Positions 1-13,900 of a stretch of 64,000 nt of DNA are shown in pieces. Each line of letters starts with the position of its first letter. The stretch's first letter is position 1. This DNA is from Malacoraja senta (lineage: Eukaryota). Below the pieces are notes generated by a model that did no database searches, was not told the origin of the DNA, and was given only the letters and a program-made list of their open reading frames with translations. Location: assembly GCA_038087875.1 (NCBI GenBank), contig CM075982.1:19592001-19656000 (forward strand), in the 5' to 3' direction. The translations under genes and the position numbers were made by a program.

Positions 1-900
1 TTACTATTTCCTTTCAACCGAACAGGGACATAAAGATTCTGTACTCTTAAAATTTCACCCTTAAATGTCCTCCATTTTTCTTCTACATCCTTCCCATAAA
101 ACAACATGTCCCAATTCACTCCTTTTAAATCCTGTCGCATCTCCTCAAAGTTAGCCTTTCTCCAAACAAAAATCTCAACCCTAGGTCCAGTTCTGACCCT
201 CTCCATAATTATATTGAAACTAATGGTATTGTGATCACTGGACCCGAAGTGCTCCCCGACGCATACCTCCGCCACCTGCCCTGTCTCATTTCCTAACAGG
301 AGGTCCAGCACTGCCCCTTCTCTAGTAGGTACCTCTATGTATTGCTGCAAAAAACTATCTTGCACACATTTTACAAACTCCAAACCATCCAGCCCTTTTA
401 CAGAATGCGTTTCCCAGTCTATGTGTGGAAAATTGAAATCTCGCACAATCACTACCTTGTGCTTACTACTAATATCTGCTATCTCCTTACATATTTGCTC
501 TTCCAATTCTCGCTCCCCATTTGGCGGTCTATAATTCACCCCTGTAAGTGTTGCTACACCTTTCCCATTTCTCAGTTCCACCCAAATAGCCTCCCTAGAC
601 GAGCCCTCTAATCTATCCTGCCAAAGCACTGCTGTAATATCTTCCTTGACAAGCAATGCAACACCCCCACCTCTTGCCCCTCCAATTCTATCACCCTGAA
701 GCAACGAAATCCTGGAATATTTATTTGCCAATCACAGCCCTCCTGCAACCATGTTTTCACTGATCGCCACAACATCATACTTCCAGGTGTCAATCCAGGC
801 TCTAAGCTCATCCACCTTTCTTACAATGCTCCTAGCATTAAAATATACACATTTAAGAAACCCACCACCACTTATTCTCTGTTTATTATCTTTTTCTTCT
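1..900 (-). mobile_element. CR1-type LINE fragment, ORF2 APE endonuclease region (frameshifted)
   Basis: Minus-strand ORF pieces LKCVYFNARSIVRKVDELRAWIDTWKYDVVAISE / TWLQEGCDWQINIPGFRCFR match the N-terminal APE motifs of CR1 ORF2; the frame is broken. Confidence 0.85.
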
Positions 901-1149
901 TTCTCCCCTACATTTATGGGTCCGAGTGCTTCCCTTCTCTGCCTCCTGCCTCCCACATTTTTCACTAGCTTTCTCTATTTGAGTTCCTATTGTGATGCTG
1001 TGTGAAATGTCTATACCAAGTGACCTCCAAGCTTCTGTAGAGTAACTTCATTATTATGTTGAGTGGGGAATTCATGCTCAGGATCTGTCTGCAGGTGCTT
1101 TTTAAATTTAATGCCTTAATCAGCATTGCTGCCCTGCTGGTTATTTTGA

Positions 1150-1363
1150 GAAAGAAAGATACAAAATGCTGGAGTAATCAGAGGGTCAGGCAGTATTTCT
1201 GGAGAACATGGACAGGTGACATTTCGGTTCGGGACTCGACGGACTGAAGAAAGGTCCTGACCCAAATTGTCTCTTATCTTTGTTCTCCACAGATGCTGCT
1301 TGACCTGCTGAGTTACGCTAGCACTTTGTCATTTTTTTGTAAACCAACTGCAGTTCCTTGTTT
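1150..1363. mobile_element. Palindromic Penelope-pLTR-derived mini-element with decayed hammerhead core
   Basis: Two inverted pLTR arms; 13-bp TSD CTGGTTATTTTGA at 1137-1149 and 1364-1376. Confidence 0.75.
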
Positions 1364-1778
1364 CTGGTTATTTTGACAGTTCATCTTTGTCTCCATCATT
1401 CTACAACGTTGTTTGCACCATCTTAACATGATTTAGAAAAAACAATTTTGTTTACTGACTTGTGTTTATCTCAAAATTCAAAAGTGAACAGTACAAAATT
1501 CCCTGATAATGTAAGTCAAAGCAAGTATCTTCCAATACCCTAGTTTGAAATACTGATGCAGTTTTCTTGCACAGATTTTATGACAAAATGGTCTCAATGT
1601 TTGAGAATTGGAAAAGCCATCCTAACGTGTCTACAATGCATAAACAAGCTTTATTTTTTATGGAGAAGGCGAAACGTTAAGATGGAATGATTCAATATTT
1701 TACAAAATAAATGAGAATGTGGAGGAGTCTCCGGTCAGTTATACCTTTGCTACAACATAGTTTCTCTTTAATTGCCAG

Positions 1779-1935
1779 CGGGTGTGATACAAACAGTCCC
1801 AGGCGACCAGGGCCCAATGGTGAAGGTGATGAGGAGGCACATGATGCTCAGACACCGTTGCACATGGCAGCAAGCTGGGGCCTTGAGGAAGTGGTGCAGT
1901 GCCTGCTGGAGTTCGGTGCCAACGTGAATACTCAG
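1779..1935 (+). CDS. ANKFY1: ANKFY1 exon (SGCDTNSPRRPG...GANVNTQ)
   Basis: ccag| acceptor, CAG|gtcagt donor, ankyrin repeat. Confidence 0.93.
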
Positions 1936-4900
1936 GTCAGTAGCGGAGTGCACGATTCAATCTAAGAACACCCTCATGTTATATTTTCATAGAACTTTAG
2001 ATTTAAATATTATAGGACTTTGCCATCCCTTTCCTTGCATTCTTATAGTGTTCACTGGTTTTAGTAGTGGAAGAATCATCTGAAGTGGACTATGAAAATG
2101 GACAGAGCCATGGACAGGGAGAAAAATGGGTCAGTGGTGGGAAGAGAGAAAAAGGAGGAAACAAACTGAAGCTCATAAGAACTCTTTATCCAATTTTATC
2201 TGTTCACACAGTAAACTTGATGTAACATTTATCCATTAATTTCACCCTGGGTTATATTGCTACAGAATATCAGATGCGAATAGAAACATAGAAAATAGGT
2301 GCAGGAGTATAATCATCCTGAACATCCAAAATCAGTACCCTATTCCTGCTTTCTCCCCATATCCCTTGATTCCATTAGCTCTGAGAGCTATATCTAAGTC
2401 TCTCTTGAATACATCCAGTGAAATGGCCTCCACTGCCTACTGTGGTAGAGAATTCCACAGATTCGCAACTCTGGGTGAAAAAGATATTCCTCATCTCATT
2501 CTGAAATGGTCTACCCCTTATTCTAAACTGTGACCCTTGGTTCTGGACTCTCCCAACAACAGGAGCATTTTTCCTGCATCTAGCCTGTCCAATCCCTTAA
2601 GAATTTTATGCTTCTATAAAATCCCCTCTCATCCTTCTAAATTCCAGTGAATATAAGCCCAGTCGATCCATTATTTCATCATATGTCAGTCCCGCCATCC
2701 CGGGAATTAACCTGGTGAACTTACGCTGCACTCCCTCAATAGCAAGAATAATAACGTAGAGTGAAGAAAGTTCACATTTTCTGGTTTGTATGTCAGTAAG
2801 ACCTGAGTTTTGAATGCTGGTCTGACTGGGCTGTCTTTACAGCTTCTTGGAAAAAAGGATGTTTTTTGGTCCTTTACGCAGCAGCCTCTGCTGGACAGAA
2901 AGAAGCTTTTCACTGTTCTTCAGCACATGTGACAATAATAAAACTAAACAGAATGCCTCTGAATAATCAAATAAAGACCGAGCTGAACTCTGATCTGAAA
3001 TGTTAACTTTTGTTTCCTCTCCCAACATGCTCCTTGGCCCTGCTGAACATTATGCAAATTTACTGCTTTGTTTGGAGCTCTGAATTATTTGGTAATGGTA
3101 GTTTAGAGAAGTGTGACAATTTAAATAGGAACCTTTTTGTTGGCTTTTTGTTTTCTTGTTAAGACATGGCATTTATTTGCAGTATGTAGTCATTACAGAC
3201 CAAGCTGGTATTTAATGCCTATCCCTAATTGCACCCATGACTTCAGAGATTTTTAGTTGACCATGTTGCTGTGTTTGGAGCTGCCCCCTGTGGTCAGAAC
3301 GTCCAAGGATGGTAGATTATTTGCTAAGGCACAAGGAACAAAGTCATGATTTCACATGATCTCACTTGGGTCTCCTCAAAATTCTATCCCCTACTTCCAA
3401 TTCCTCCATCTACGTGTATCTGCGCCCAGGATGAGGTGTTCCTTACCAGAGCATCGGAGATGTCCTCATTCTTTAGGGAACGGGGTTCTCCTCTTCCATG
3501 ATAGATGAGGCTCTCACTGGGGTCTCCTCGATATCCCGCAGCTCTTCTCTTATTCCCCCTCCCCTCATTCATAACAAGGACAGAGTCCCCCTTGTCCTCA
3601 CCTTCCACCCCTTCAGCCGTCATATACAGCATATAATCCTCCAACATTTTGTCCAACTCCAACGGGATCCCAGTACTGGCCACATCTTCCCATCTCCACC
3701 CCTTTCTGCTTTCTGCAGAGACCGTTCCCTCTGTAACTCCCTGGTCAACTTGTCCCTTCCCACAAAACCACCCGTTTCCCAGGTACTTTCCCCTGCAACC
3801 GCAGGAGATGCAACACCTGTCCCTTTACCTCCCCCCTCAACTCCATACAAAGACTTAAACAGTCTTTCCAGGTGAGGCAGAGGTTCACTTGCACCTCCTC
3901 CAACCTCATCTACTGTATCCGCTGTTCCAGGTGTCAACTTCTCTACATCGACGAGAACAAGCACAGGCTCGGCGATCGTTTCGCTGAACACCTCCGCTCA
4001 GTCCGTCTTAACCTATCTGATCTCCCGGTGGCCCAGCACTTCAACTCCCACTCCATTCCCAATCTAACCTTTCTGTCCTGGGCCTCCTCCATTGTCAGAG
4101 TGAGGCCCAGCACAAATTGGAGGAACAGCACCTCATATTTCGCTTGGGTAGTTTACACCCCTGCGGTATGAACATTGACTTCTCTAACTTCAGATAGCCC
4201 CTGCTTTCTCTCTCCTTCCCCTTCCCAGTTCTCCCACTTGTCCTACTGTCTCGGCCTACATTCTATCTTTGTTCCGCCCACTCCCCTTACATCAGTCTGA
4301 AGAAGGGTCTCGACTCGAAACGCCACCCATTCCTTCTCTCCAGAGATGCTGCCTCACCCGCTGAGTTACTCCAGCATTTTGTGACTACTGTGATTTCACA
4401 GTCACTGATGCCAACTTTTCCTTTAAACTGTGTTTAATTACATGCATTTGAATGGAGTAGATGGTGTGATGCAGTAACTTGTCCTCTGGATCAAAAGACA
4501 AAGATGCTGGATAGTAGTCGAGTAATTTAATCACAATGGTACAACTCCTCGGCCACTTTAAAAAGTGGGAATGAACGATCATTTGGACATTGTATTAACT
4601 GGTCGGCACTTGGCCAAATAATTCCCCAGGTGAAAGTCAGTGTTGGAGTCTTAACACACTTGAACTTAATATTTGCAAATCATTTTAATCATGCCTTTAA
4701 TTCATCATTAATTATTTATGTGAACTTATTAAAAGGAATTTCTTGTAGTTGATGTAGACACCTTGTGACCCGGTAGTCGTTTGTGAAATTAGCAGGGTAC
4801 TGTTGTAAATGAACTTTCTATTGTTGTTGTGTTGTTGGCGAGTCAAATTGAAATGTTTCTCTTATCTTTACAAGGATGCAGAGGGAAGAACTCCAATCCA

Positions 4901-7900
4901 CGTTGCCATTAGCAATCAGCACAGCATTATAATTCAGCTTCTGATCTCGCATCCTGATATCCGGTTAAACGTGCGGGATCGCCAGGGTCTGACGCCCTTT
5001 GCCTGCGCAATGACGTACAAGAACAACAAGGCTGCAGAGTCAATCCTCAAACGAGAGGCAGGAGCAGCTGAGCAGGCAAGAGCGCAAAATCAACATTACA
5101 CAACTGCCTTTATACAGGCTATGTATTTTTGAGAAAGAAATGGGTTTGGAATTGTTCAGTGTGGTTCATGCTCGGGTGTAAAACCTGAACTCTAACAGTT
5201 AGATCCAAAATCGGTGAAGTAATATCCAACTACTATCTGGTGAACCTGCTTACTGCTCAGGCTAACTGAGTAATTATTGTACGTCGTGCATTGTGTTTCT
5301 TAGGCCTAATAATAGTGTGACTGTATTGAGTTGTTTCTTTCCACCTGGTAATTATATTTGAATCTGAAGCCTCTTAAGATGTATGCAACAAATAAAAATT
5401 ACGACGTCACATTCCAATGCACACATTCCTGGACCACCCATATTGAAGTAACGACCAAGAGAGCACACCAATACTTCTACTTCCTTAGAGGCTTAGGATG
5501 TTTGGCATGTCCCCTACAACTCTCACCAACTTCTACAGAGGCGCTGTAGAAAGCATTTTATTAGAATGCATTACAGCTTGGTTTGGGAACAGCTCCATCT
5601 AAGACCGTAAGAAATTGCAGCAAGTTGCCGTTTCCACATCCAGTTATCATTAAATCATCTCTGCCATGTAAAATTGACCTTGTCCCAGTTCAAAACATTT
5701 CCTCAAGTCTATCTGTCCTTTACCATACCCTGACTATTGGTGAGCCTGTGACAAACACCAGAAATGTAATTGACTCTTTCTGTTCCTCAGTTCAATTCCT
5801 GTGGGCTAATTACTTCCTTAACCCACATTGGGATACTACCTTGGATTCCTTCCCACACCAAACTCTCTCTGTTATCTATGAGCCCAGTAACCAGGAATGT
5901 CAGCTGCTATTCTTGCTTGCCTTTTAGCTGTCTTCCAGAAAATAACACTGTTTTGTTCTCAGATGTTTATCTATGCCCTCAGTTCCTTGAACTCAGAACT
6001 GAGGACACAGATAAACATCTGAGAGCAAAACAGAACAATCTTTATTACCATATTAAAATGCAAACAATTAAACCTTGCTAAAATAAAGTTTCCCCTCCAA
6101 GCCTTTGTATTCTCAAATCCATGGCTCTGATTTGCAGTCTTTATTACATCCATTTTTTTGTCTTCTGAAACTGATGCCAATTCCTATCATCCTGCCGACC
6201 TATTATAAACCTTCCCACAGCACTAGCCAACGTCCATGTGAGAATGCTGGTCGGAGATGCAGCATGTCTCATTTTTTCAGATCCCACCATCACAGAACAT
6301 TGGAACATTTGCTAATATCCTTGGAATCTAAAGCCCTCCTTCCTGCACTATTTTCCTAATTCTGTATCAGGATGCACGGTACAAGTTGTAATCTGGACAT
6401 GACAACTTTTTTGAGGTTGTGTTTTTAATCTCTCTGATCCTGAAATAATATCTGTGGCCATAGAAACTCCCCCACATCCCTTAAATCCTGTTTGGTCTCC
6501 CTTTCTATGCAGTTGAATTAACCACAGTTCCATGGAATAGACTTATTACTCCCAAGGACCCACTATCTCTAGGTTTGGAGGTAATGCCCATTAGTGAGGT
6601 GATTTCACTCTTGAATGTGTCCTCTCTGCCATTTTTCCTTTGTTGTATTTTACTTCTCTCCCATATCTGCTTATTTCTGAATGATGGATTAAAATAATTA
6701 TTTTCATTTGACCTCTCTTGTTTTAAATACCAAGCAACACCTATCCTTGATTTACTAAATTCCCATCTTTCATATTCTATGGAAGCTGCACTCTGCTCTA
6801 AATTAAATACATGTCATTTCGAATGAACATAAATTGGTGATGCCAAAATCTAACTCTGCTTATAATAATTAACCAAGCACAATAGTCTATGCTAACGTTC
6901 CAATGTGATATTGAGAGGGGTAGGGGTGGAGATATGGGCGGAGGGGTAGAGCTGGGGTGCATGTGATGAGACGTCACACCGAAGTTAAACTGAAGCTTCT
7001 CATGCCCCCTCTGGTGGATATTAAAAATACCATGGAACTTTTTTTTTTAAAGAACTGCAGCATTATCCTTCACAACAATAATGGTATTTGCAAAGTTCTT
7101 AAATGGCTATAAAACACTTTAAAATGTCTACAGTTGTGGTTTAATTTGGTTTCCGGTTCTGCTATCAGTGAAGCATCGATTTTGTCCAGGTAAATACTTG
7201 GCTTAACATAGAATAAAATTATTTGGGAGTCGAGTACTTTTTACACACTTGCTGCTTACGTGTATACACACAAGTACTTTGGCAAAAGATTTAGTCAAAG
7301 CAATATTGTAATTTAAAAACATTTTGGTCATCCAAGGACTCGGAGTATTGCATTGGTGGGCAATCTACCCAGTATCACAGAAAATGTATGGCAACAACAG
7401 GAGGCTATGGAGACTGTGCCACCCCAGGTTTATCCTGCCTTCCATTGTTAACCTACAGGTTATAGCTGCACAAGTGTATATCCAAGCGCAACACTGTGGT
7501 GAAAATTGCTGCCACACCTACCATTTCAGGCAGCAAATTCTGGACCACCATTGGGGGAAAAGCAACTCAAGCAATGGTGTAACTTGCACTCCTAGGTTTA
7601 ATCAGATTAGATATTTTGTGTTAAAACAATCTGACATTATCTTGTTAAAGCATAGAACAGTACAGCACATGAACAGACCCTTCGGTCCACAAGGTCTGAG
7701 CTGATCATGATGTTAAGACCATCACTTATCTATCTGCACATAATCCATGAGACCAAGCGCAGGCTCGCCGATCGTTTCACTGAACATCTCCGCTCAGTCC
7801 GCCTAAACCTGACTGATCTCCCGGTTGCTAATCACTTTAACTCCCCCTCCCATTCCCACACTGACCTTACTATCCTGGGTTGACAAAAATGCTGGAGAAA

Positions 7901-10900
7901 CTCAGCGGGTGAGGCAGCATCTATGGAGCGAAGGAAATAGGCGACGTTTCGGGTCGAGACCCTTCTTCAGACAGCATCTGCAGTTCCTTCTTAAACTAAC
8001 TGTCCTGGGTCTCCATTATCAGTGAGGCCCAGATGAATAACACCTCATATTTTGCTTGGGCAGCTTACACCCCCAGCGATATGAATATTGACTGCTCTAA
8101 TTTCAAGTAATCTTTGCCTTCCCTCTCCCTCCATCCCTCCCCCCTTCCCAGTTATCTGACTAGTCTGACTGTCCTCATTTATATTTTATAGCTGTTTGCT
8201 TTGGTTACCTTCTCTTAGCTAGCAATGATAGAAGGAAATTCTACATTTTCCTTCATCTGCATCCCCTTTGTCTCATTTTCAGACTTTACTTTTCCTTATC
8301 TCTATATCTCCCTCTCCCCTGATTTCGTCTGAAGAAGGATCTCGACCCGAAACGTTGAACATTCCTCCTATCCAGAGATGCTTCCTGAGTTACTCCAGCA
8401 TTTTGTGTCTTCCTCCATTCACTGTATATCCATATGCCCATCAAAAAGTATTTTAAATGCCACTAATGTATCTGCTTCAACCACCACCCCCAGCAGTACA
8501 TTCCAGGCAATCACCACCCTCTGTAGAAAACATGTCCCCACATCTCTCTTAAACTTTGCCCTACTCACCTTAAAGCCATGTCCACTAGTATTTGATTTTT
8601 CCATCCTGAGATAAGGATTCTATTTGCCTACCCTACCGATGTCTCTTATTTTGATATGCTTCTAACAGGTCTCCCTACAATCTCTGCCATTCCAAAGAAA
8701 ACAACCCAAATCTGTCCAACCTCTCCCTGTAGCTAATTCCCACTCATCCAGGCATCATCGTGGCAAACCACCTATGCACTCCTTCCAAAGCCTCCACATG
8801 CTTCTTGTAATGGGGTAATCAGAACTGCGCGCAATGCTCCAAATAAATGTTCTAGTTTAGTTTCTGTTGTAAACCTAATGGCAGTCTTGCTGCTATACAG
8901 TGAGATGTTCGCTGGGTTATATGCTATGGTAAGCCTTTTCCCTGTTGTACTTCAACAGATTGATAACAAGGGGAGGAACTTTCTTCATATTGCTGTGCAG
9001 AACTCTGACATCGAGAGTGTTCTATTCCTGATTAGTGTGCAGGCCAATGTGAACTCGCGAGTCCAGGATTCATCCAAGCTTACACCATTACACCTGGCAG
9101 TGCAAGCAGGATCTGAGATAATAGTCCGGAATCTGGTAAGAACAAGGCGATTAATGTAAAGGCAATGGGATTCCCAGTTATCCTTGTCCTCCTTATGGCA
9201 TTGTTCTTGGCTTACTGTTCCATTAACCCTTGAAGCATGGACATAACAATTTCTTAACAAAGATGTGCTTTTGCAAAAATATATATCTTGGTAAGGAGGT
9301 CAAATTCTCGTGGAAAAACTCTGTTTGTCTTCTATTGGATCTTGGACCATGCTGCAAAAATGCAATGCCACTTCAGAGAAAAGATTGGAAAGCTAGAGGA
9401 TTTTTTTTATGTCGAGCAATTGGAAACTTGTTTAGCTGGAGCTACTGTCCTTGTACTTAAATCACTGAAAGAAAATGTGCAGGTTCAATAACAATTCGGA
9501 AGGCAAAAGATATTTTAACCTTTACTGTATGAAGATTACTGAATGCCAGAATTGAGGAAACGTATGCTACCTGCTGCTGCTGTGTGGGGAACTTATGCTT
9601 ATGTCCTGATCAAAATATATTTATCTGCTTCTGCAAAATTAAAGTTAACTGCTTATTACTATGCTGAGTATGGGACCTTGCTGAGTGTAAACTAGTTGCT
9701 GTGTTTGCTATACTACAGCAGCTATTGCACTTCAAACCATCAGTGATTAAGTATTCTGGAGCACCCAGAGTTCTTGAAAAGTGAAAAGGAAATGTGTAAG
9801 CCATGGTTAGCTTATTCATGGTCCTAATGTGTTATATTTTAACTCATTTGAATTTAAATGTTAATATACTCGCTGTTGCACATGAATAGAAACTTCAAAA
9901 TTAAACAGATCCCAGATTCAAATCCTGTACAGCTGATTTATGCTGGAAGTTTTACTTAGCAGCTAGAAATGGGATTTTACTTTTTATTTAAACTGGTGGC
10001 GTAATTTCAAATATGCTGCACAATGAGTCTAGGAAATCTGTTCTATGGTAATCTGGTTTGCTTGCTTTGTTTTCCTTCTTCCATATACCCCCCCCCCCCT
10101 CTCCCCCTCTCGATCTGCATCCTGTCATTCCCTAAGCTTTAATATCACTTATTTCAATTTGCAGTTTGTGGTCCCAACCCGTAGGACACCTTCCCACGGC
10201 CTCCCAGAATTTGTGTGTTCTCATTGCAAAGCCTTTTATTATTCAGTCAGATATGTCAGTTTACTGTTGGTACTGAGGAGTCTATATTCATTACTTGCCT
10301 ATTTCAGCTGCAACCAAGCTAAATGCAGTCAGGACTTGATTGTCATTTGCAGTCTCTTATTCCCAATGTCCTCTTTCCTGTGTCCCAGCTGCTTGCAGGG
10401 GCCAAAGTGAACGAGCTGACAAAACACCGTCAGACAGCCCTCCATCTTGCGGCTCAGCAGGACCTGCCAACTATTTGCTCTGTGCTGCTGGAGAACGGTG
10501 TGGAGTTTGCTGCTGTCGATGAGAATGGGAACAACGGTAATGAACGATTTGAAAGACAGTATTGAGCTTACATTTATAAACACATTTTAACCTGCTTCCT
10601 CATCTCGAACGCAGGAAGTAACAATAAAAATGCAAAGCCTTGACATGGTAATAATTTCCCCAGGAATTTCACAGAAATGAAATCACTGCAACCGTGTCAT
10701 CAGAGGCTTGGTCAGAGTCATCCTAAAGGAAGAGGATGGGATTTGGAGTATTCCAGAGCATGGTGCCTCAGCAGCTGATGGCAAAAGCCATTGACAGAAT
10801 TATGTACAGAATGCCAGGGGAGGGAATATTGTGTGTATAATGGCTCTCGCAGTAACATGTATTCTGCATAAATACTGTTCACAATTTGGCCACATTTCTA

Positions 10901-13900
10901 AATTATTTGAGATTTATCCATAACCCGTGTCAAAGACTTAAAGATGTACTTGAAAACAAGTGGTCGATCATTCTGAAAACGGTGGTTATGTTACAGATCA
11001 GAAGCCAGAGCTCCGGGCCATTGATCTGGAAATGCCGTCATGGATGCTGGCAGATTCAAGTGGTTAAATAAATCTGAATATGTTTTTTTTTTTTAAAGCA
11101 AACAACATAATTATGAAACTCTAATCATGAAAGCAGTGGACTACAGCTGACAACACATCAGGTTGTTTTTCAGTGGGGAGAATCCAGCCCATCTGAGTCC
11201 ACATTCACCAGTGTAGTTGCCTCCCAGGTGGAAAATAATCTGCAGCCTTGCCAGCAATCCTCATCCAGTGGATAAATAAAAGGATTGTGGTACTTTCATC
11301 CTTGTTCAACGAGACTTTCAGCAGTTTTGTCCTTGGATTCAAGATGACATTTTATAGCATTTTAGGGCTTGTGGTCGATGAATGGTCAGTGTCGTGAATG
11401 AAACTTCAGAAAGAAGTTGCAGAGTGAAGCTCCCCCCATTACAGATCAATGGCGGTTTAATCATTAATGCAATAAATGCCATTGCCCTCTACTGTTTCTT
11501 TCAATAAATTATTACTGATCACTTCAATGATCTTGGGAGTTGAGGCACTTTGGGTAACTGTGTGCATTACAGTCCAGCTTCTTGATAGTGAGAGGGCTCA
11601 GTAATTCACCACTCTTTTGACGAGGGAAAGTTCAAGTGGACAATTTTTTAACATCATCCTGATGATGCACTTCACTGTAGGGAATTTATATTAGCTGGAA
11701 CCTCAATGGAACTATTGCTTTATTTTCTTGGTGTGTTTGCTTTCTGTTAGCACCACTGATCACCTTTTAAAACTTTTTTTTACAGCCCTTCACCTGGCGG
11801 TTATGCATGGACGCCTCAACGTAGTGCGTGTTCTCTTAACTGAGTGTAGTGTCGATGCTGAAGTTTTCAATTTGAGGTATGATCATTTGGGGAAAATTTA
11901 GCACATCAGTCTCCCTTATAAATTGACACAATACCATCAAATGCTATACATTTTCAGACATCCCTGACGGTCTTGTTGGATTCTGAAAGACGACAAATCA
12001 ATTGAAAAAGGAAGTTACTGCTGTTTTATATCGAGGTGGCAATTAATTTAAATTGAATTGAATAAGTTTATTGGCCAAAGTATTCACATACAAGGAATTT
12101 GCCTTGGTGCACCGCCCGCAAGTGACAACATGACATACAGTGACAGTTAGGAATGATACATAAAACATTAAACATTAATAATAAAACATTATTGATTAAA
12201 CATGTGAATTAAATAAAATACAGAGCAAAAGGAGGCTACAGTTTTTTATTTATTGAGTAGAGCTACTACTCATGGGGAAAAAGGCTGTTTTTAAGGCTGT
12301 TTTTATGTCTGGCTGTGGCAGAGGGAAGTGATTCAAAAAGTTTGTGGCCAGGGTGAGAGGGGTCAGAGATGATCTTACCAGCTCACTTCCTGGCCCTTGC
12401 ACTGTACAGTTCGTAAATGGAGGGAATGTTGCAGCAAATAATCTTCTCAGCTGATCGGACGATTTGCTGCCGCCTCCGGATGTCGTGCTTGGTGGCTGAG
12501 CCAAATCAGACCATGATGGAGAAGGCGAGGACAGACTACGATGGCCATATAGAATTGGACCATCATTGCCTGTGGCAGATTGTGCTTCCTCAGCTGCCGC
12601 AAGAAGTACATCCTCTGTTGTGCCTTTTTGACTGTGGAGTCGATGATAGCCCCCCCCACTTAAGGTTCTTGAAGATGATGGTTTCCAGGAACTTAAAAGA
12701 CTCCACAGATGTGACTGTGGTGTTGTTAATGGTGAGGGGAGGGGGAGCTCTCCTAAAGTCTGCTATCAATTCCACTGTCTTAAGAGCATTGAGCTCCAGG
12801 TTGTTGCAATGGCACCAGGACGCCAGCTGTGTCACTTCCTGTCTGTAGGCAGATTCCTCCCCATCCTGGATCAGTCCAATCAGGGTTGTGTCGTCCGTAA
12901 ACTTGAGAAGCTTGACAGAGGTGTCTGTGGAGGTGCAGACTTAAAGAGTGTAAAGTGAAATTATACCAAATCATTAACCTGCTTCTATTGCCAACAATAT
13001 TTCAGCCTCAAATCTCCTGGCTCATGTACTCATCAGTTAATTTCAGTTAATTGTTGATATTTGCATTCTGACTTATTTTTCCTCTCACTCTGCAGGGGGC
13101 AGTCACCTATGCATGTCCTGGGACATTATGGGAAGGAAAATGCAGCAACCATCTTTGAGCTCTTCTTAGAATGCATGCCTGACTACCCACTCGATAAGCC
13201 AGATGCTGAAGGGAACACAGGTAGGTGTTAAATTGGTGAAAGCAGCTCCTGGAAAAATGGCAGATTTCCAGGACTATTGGGTGTACCCAACTCACTTTTA
13301 CTTTAGATGGTAAGGAGTGATATAATTTTCCAGTGAGCCCCATGAGAGTGACGAGGCAGAAAGGATGCAGTTGGGAACGGTCACATAGCACCAGTAGCAT
13401 CTTGGTTTTACGCAATGCGGGAATATGAATCGGAGGGTAATATTTTAAAGTCAACATTCGGGAGAAGTCTATTCAGTAATTTTGGTGCTTGTTGCCTGAC
13501 TACTGGTAAAGGAGCTGTTATGACATGCTGTATAATTTATAAATATCCTGTGCACTTGTGAGCAGGTTGTCTACCCAACTCCAAGTATACAATCCTCCGC
13601 ACCACCTAACCCAGTGCCTCCCAAACGTTTTTAACTGCAGCCAAAAATTGATCAAATAATTGGATTCGTGAACCATCTTTGGAAATGCATGATAAATAAA
13701 TCGATAATTCTTTCAGAATGATGAAAGTTTTCAAATACATTTTATTTGGGCGATGCAACTTATGAATCACCAAATTAAAACATTAAATACAAATCAAATT
13801 AAATAATTGAAAATTAAGTTAAAACATGAATTAAACAATTTTGGAGCCCTTCATAGCCCAGTTTCAATTCTCTGCGGCAGCCTGAGATTGGGAACCAACG

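Noticed and set aside
4297-4324. Active hammerhead in the first Penelope copy
   Set aside because: The cleavage triplet is GCC (lacks the required U) and stem II has a substitution
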